From Eledone cirrhosa (lineage: Eukaryota), in contig OZ024744.1 in NCBI GenBank assembly GCA_964016885.1, forward strand, positions 7,502,001 to 7,566,000: 64,000 bases of DNA. Direction: 5' to 3'. Numbering within the stretch: position 1 is the first letter of the stretch; the number at the start of each line of letters is the position of its first letter. The notes below the pieces were generated by a model. That model saw only the letters and a list, made by a program, of their open reading frames with translations, searched no databases and was not told the origin of the DNA. Below are positions 60,347 through 64,000 of the stretch, in pieces. The translations under genes were made by a program, and so were the position numbers.

Positions 60347-60857
60347 ACATAAGAGAGACGTACACATAAAAAATATATTGAAGTAAATAAAAGTAAACAT
60401 TTCATGTATATTTCCCTTTCTCTAGATACTTACTCTTGTCTTTTATGCATCGTCTGTCAATTGAGAATTCTAATTCAATCTCAAAATAATTCGTTTCACC
60501 TATAGTGTAGCTTATTTGCTGCATGGTCAATCGTTAGAACTGTGTATTCAAGAAAACATGTTTGTGTGTGTGAGTGTAAATGTGTACCTATTTTTATGTA
60601 TGTGTGTATGTATATATGTCTGTGTGTGTATGTATATATATATATATACATATATATAAATGTGTATGTGTGTGTGTGTGTATGGCTGTGAAATGGTAAA
60701 AGTAGGTAGAGTCAAGAAGAGAATTCTGATTAAGAAGGAATTACGTCCCTCATCAGAACGTAAGTGACATGATTTAGACAAACAAAATATACATAAATAT
60801 ACATATATATATATACATACATATACATATACATGCATACATATATATATGTATATA

Positions 60858-60893
<36 letters not shown>

Positions 60894-60903
60894 AATATAT
60901 ATA

Positions 60904-60972
<69 letters not shown>

Positions 60973-60977
<5 letters not shown>

Positions 60978-61248
60978 ATCAAAAGATGGTTAAAAGACTT
61001 CCATGTATTTTATTATGCGCATTTCAAAAACAAATATCATCATGCGATGACATTTGCGTTTTCATCAGATGAAAACGCAAATGTCATCGCATGATGATAT
61101 TTGTGTTTGAAATGCGCATAATAAAATACATGGAAGTCTTTTAACCATCTTTTGATCTTATATTATTTATACTCCAGTCCTACAACTGTAGAGTGCGACT
61201 TATCCGATATCTGTATTGCTTTATTGTACTACAATAAAACTCACCTCC

Positions 61249-61253
<5 letters not shown>
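60973..61253. mobile_element. Family D short fold-back insertion (tail on the right)
   Basis: Palindrome centred on 61068. Confidence 0.9.
61008..61074 (-). ncRNA. Hammerhead (family D) truncated at stem I by the fold-back apex
   Basis: rc: CTGATGA-AAACGCAAATGTCATCG..TGATGATATTTG-GAAA-TGCGCA-TA-ATAAAA. Confidence 0.6.
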
Positions 61254-61339
<86 letters not shown>

Positions 61340-61795
61340 ATATATATGTATACAACGCATACATACATTCATCTATATATACATACATACATATAAACAC
61401 ACACACACATACATATATATAAACACACAAATATATATATATATAAATATACATATATACAAATAGATCTACAGGAACAAAAGAGGAATAATAATGGCGG
61501 CACCAACAAATAAAAAAACATAAAACATAAGGAAATCCTAAAATGACTACATTTCTCTTGGCGTGAAATGTTAAGTTCCGTAAATCAATAGAAACCAAAA
61601 TAGATTACAATCAAATACTTGTAACCATTTCTTTTCCTCCATTGCAACACCCTCTCCCCCTGTCTCTCTCCTTTCTCACCGTCAATGTACTACCATCTTA
61701 CCCAATGATTTCACACTGAATCACGTCCACGTGCCCAACCAAGATATCATTCATGTATATACATATATATATATACATATATATATATATACATG

Positions 61796-61914
<119 letters not shown>

Positions 61915-61953
61915 GATATTAACAAATGGAAACTATATTTATAAAACCATATT

Positions 61954-62018
61954 TATTTCATTATACATATTTCAAGGATACCAAGTTAAATTATGGTATG
62001 CCTTCATCAGACAAAATA
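61954..62018 (-). ncRNA. Hammerhead (family Q)
   Basis: Reverse complement of 63829-63893. Confidence 0.82.
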
Positions 62019-63828
62019 CAATATATACCAGTTTTATAAATAAACATTGACGTACCCTTTCAAAATGCAACCGTTACTTTTGGAAGACATCAGGATAGTG
62101 TTTTGTTTATTTTAGTAAGTCATAGTGTTAAGGAGAAGTAAAAAGACGGAGAGAGAAAGTGGAGAAAAGAAAGGGAGAGATAAATAAAGAAAAAGAAGAA
62201 AGAAAAAAGAAAAAAAGAAAACAGAGGAAAACAACAGAGAGATATCAAACCACCAGACAGAGAGAAAAAATCAAGAGAGAGAAATATAGAGATAGAGAGA
62301 GGGGGAGAGAACGAAAACCTTAAGTCATGTCATATTAAGTTGAGTTAACAATTGAGATGAAATGAATAAATAAAATTAGAAATATTAATATTCATGAATG
62401 GAATATACATATATAATATGAGAAATTAATCATTGTTTAGTTATGATTAGATATTTAGTTTAAAAATTGAGATCAATATATTAAAAATTGGAATTTAAAC
62501 ATTACGAAATATATATATTGCTAGAGAAATTACCTATCATATAGCACGTACATATAGGCAAAGATACATAAATATATATATATATACACACACACTCAGA
62601 AAATACACATTATATCTACTCCCGCATATAATATATACATACAAAGCATAAGTGATTTTTTTTTATTACTGCTATACATTCCTTGTGTTATTAAATAAAA
62701 AATGTTAGTATATATATATAAATATATAGGATTAACTTTCATCAATTATGCATATCTGCAATCAAAACTGCATGGGTAACCATGTACATGTACACACACA
62801 ATTCTTAGATATACATATATAAATATGTGTGTGCATCTTCACCCAATTGGTAGCCACGCGTCACTCATGCATATATATAGACAGACATATACTCATAAAA
62901 AAGCATATAACACATGTATATGTATGTTAATACACATATGTAAATACATAGTCGTATAGAGATAAGTATACATCAATATATTACATAGTACAATTGAGTA
63001 TATACAATACAAGAGGATTATATTTTGGAAATATAATTATAACAATATAACTTAAAAACAAAAGAATTCTACAAATATCAAAATATTAAACTATTTTAAA
63101 ATATTATAGAATATTTTAAGCTAAAATAATATGTTTAATAGATTTAGTATAGAAATTTATCTTACGTATATTTTAATCAAGATATTGAAAGGATAAACTT
63201 TTGAAAATTATGAGAAGCTATCAGAATAAAAACAAACCTAATAAAAAATAAATAAAATATTATATCAATATAACTTTAAAAATAAAACAAAAAAAAACAC
63301 GAATTCTACAGATATTAAAATATTAAAATATTTTAAAATATTATAGGATATTTTAAGTTAAAATAATATGTTTAATATATTTAGTATAGAAATTTATATT
63401 ACGTATATTTTACTCAAGATATTGAAAGGATAACCTTTTCTAGAATAGTTTATTATATTTATATTTATATTTAGGAAGAAAATTTATTTATACTTGAGTA
63501 CTTAACCAAAGAAAATGAAAAAGGTGAAGGAATCTAATGATTTATCGACAGGTTTCATATATTAACCAAATTACATAATTAATTATACTACATTTTAAAT
63601 TTATATTTATATTTAAACGTTGAGTTCAATCTATGTCTTCAATCTTTCTTCTTTTTCTTTATTTATCTCTCCCTTTCTTTTCTCCACATTTCTCTCTCCG
63701 TCTTTTTACTTCTCCTTAACACAACGACTTACTAAAATAATCAAACCACAATCCTGATGTCTTCCAAAAGTAACGGTTGCATTTTGAAAGGGTACGTCAA
63801 TGTTTATTTATAAAACTGGTATATATTG

Positions 63829-63893
63829 TATTTTGTCTGATGAAGGCATACCATAATTTAACTTGGTATCCTTGAAATATGTATAATGAAATA
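63829..63893 (+). ncRNA. Hammerhead (family Q)
   Basis: TATTTTGT-CTGATGA-AGGCATACCA..TGGTATCCTT-GAAA-TATGTA-TA-ATGAAATA. Confidence 0.85.
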
Positions 63894-64000
63894 AATATGG
63901 TTTTATAAATATAGTTTCCATTTGTTAATATCGCATATCTACTCCAAATACTTGTCGAGTGCTTTATATCAGTTATAAAAATATTTGCTTGTTGTATCCC

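Noticed and set aside
60722-60760. rc CTGATGAGGGAC as a hammerhead
   Set aside because: No GAAA/stem III; it folds as a simple hairpin.

Overview
This is repeat-saturated, AT-rich animal DNA with no supportable host gene. The SINE types and microsatellite load suggest an octopus-like cephalopod (inference). Almost every long ORF in the track is a translation of (TA)n, (TACA)n or (CA)n tracts. The real content is a nest of microsatellite-targeting retroelements. (1) Penelope-like elements (PLEs) sit in (TA)n: decayed Naiad-type RT/GIY-YIG fragments plus one non-Naiad PLE, with many short non-coding relatives. At least 11 sequence-unrelated families each carry a minimal type-I hammerhead ribozyme (about 30 copies read by eye). 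Most insertions are asymmetric fold-back palindromes in which only one arm carries a 3' tail. (2) Two R4/Dong-type RLE retrotransposon families and a ~600-bp non-coding partner sit in (CATA)n with one polarity. (3) There are also RTE and CRE LINE fragments, tRNA-derived SINEs, a 3.4-kb 23-bp minisatellite and a 200-N gap. The two most notable observations: seven unrelated families share a covarying bulged stem-loop (RYTC-stem-loop-stem-TN-GARY) 2-5 nt past their fixed internal terminus, and a 522-bp non-coding hammerhead unit occurs head-to-tail like a retrozyme/circular RNA. Family letters (A-Q) are my own labels. All structures were read by eye, not computed, and boundaries next to microsatellites are approximate.
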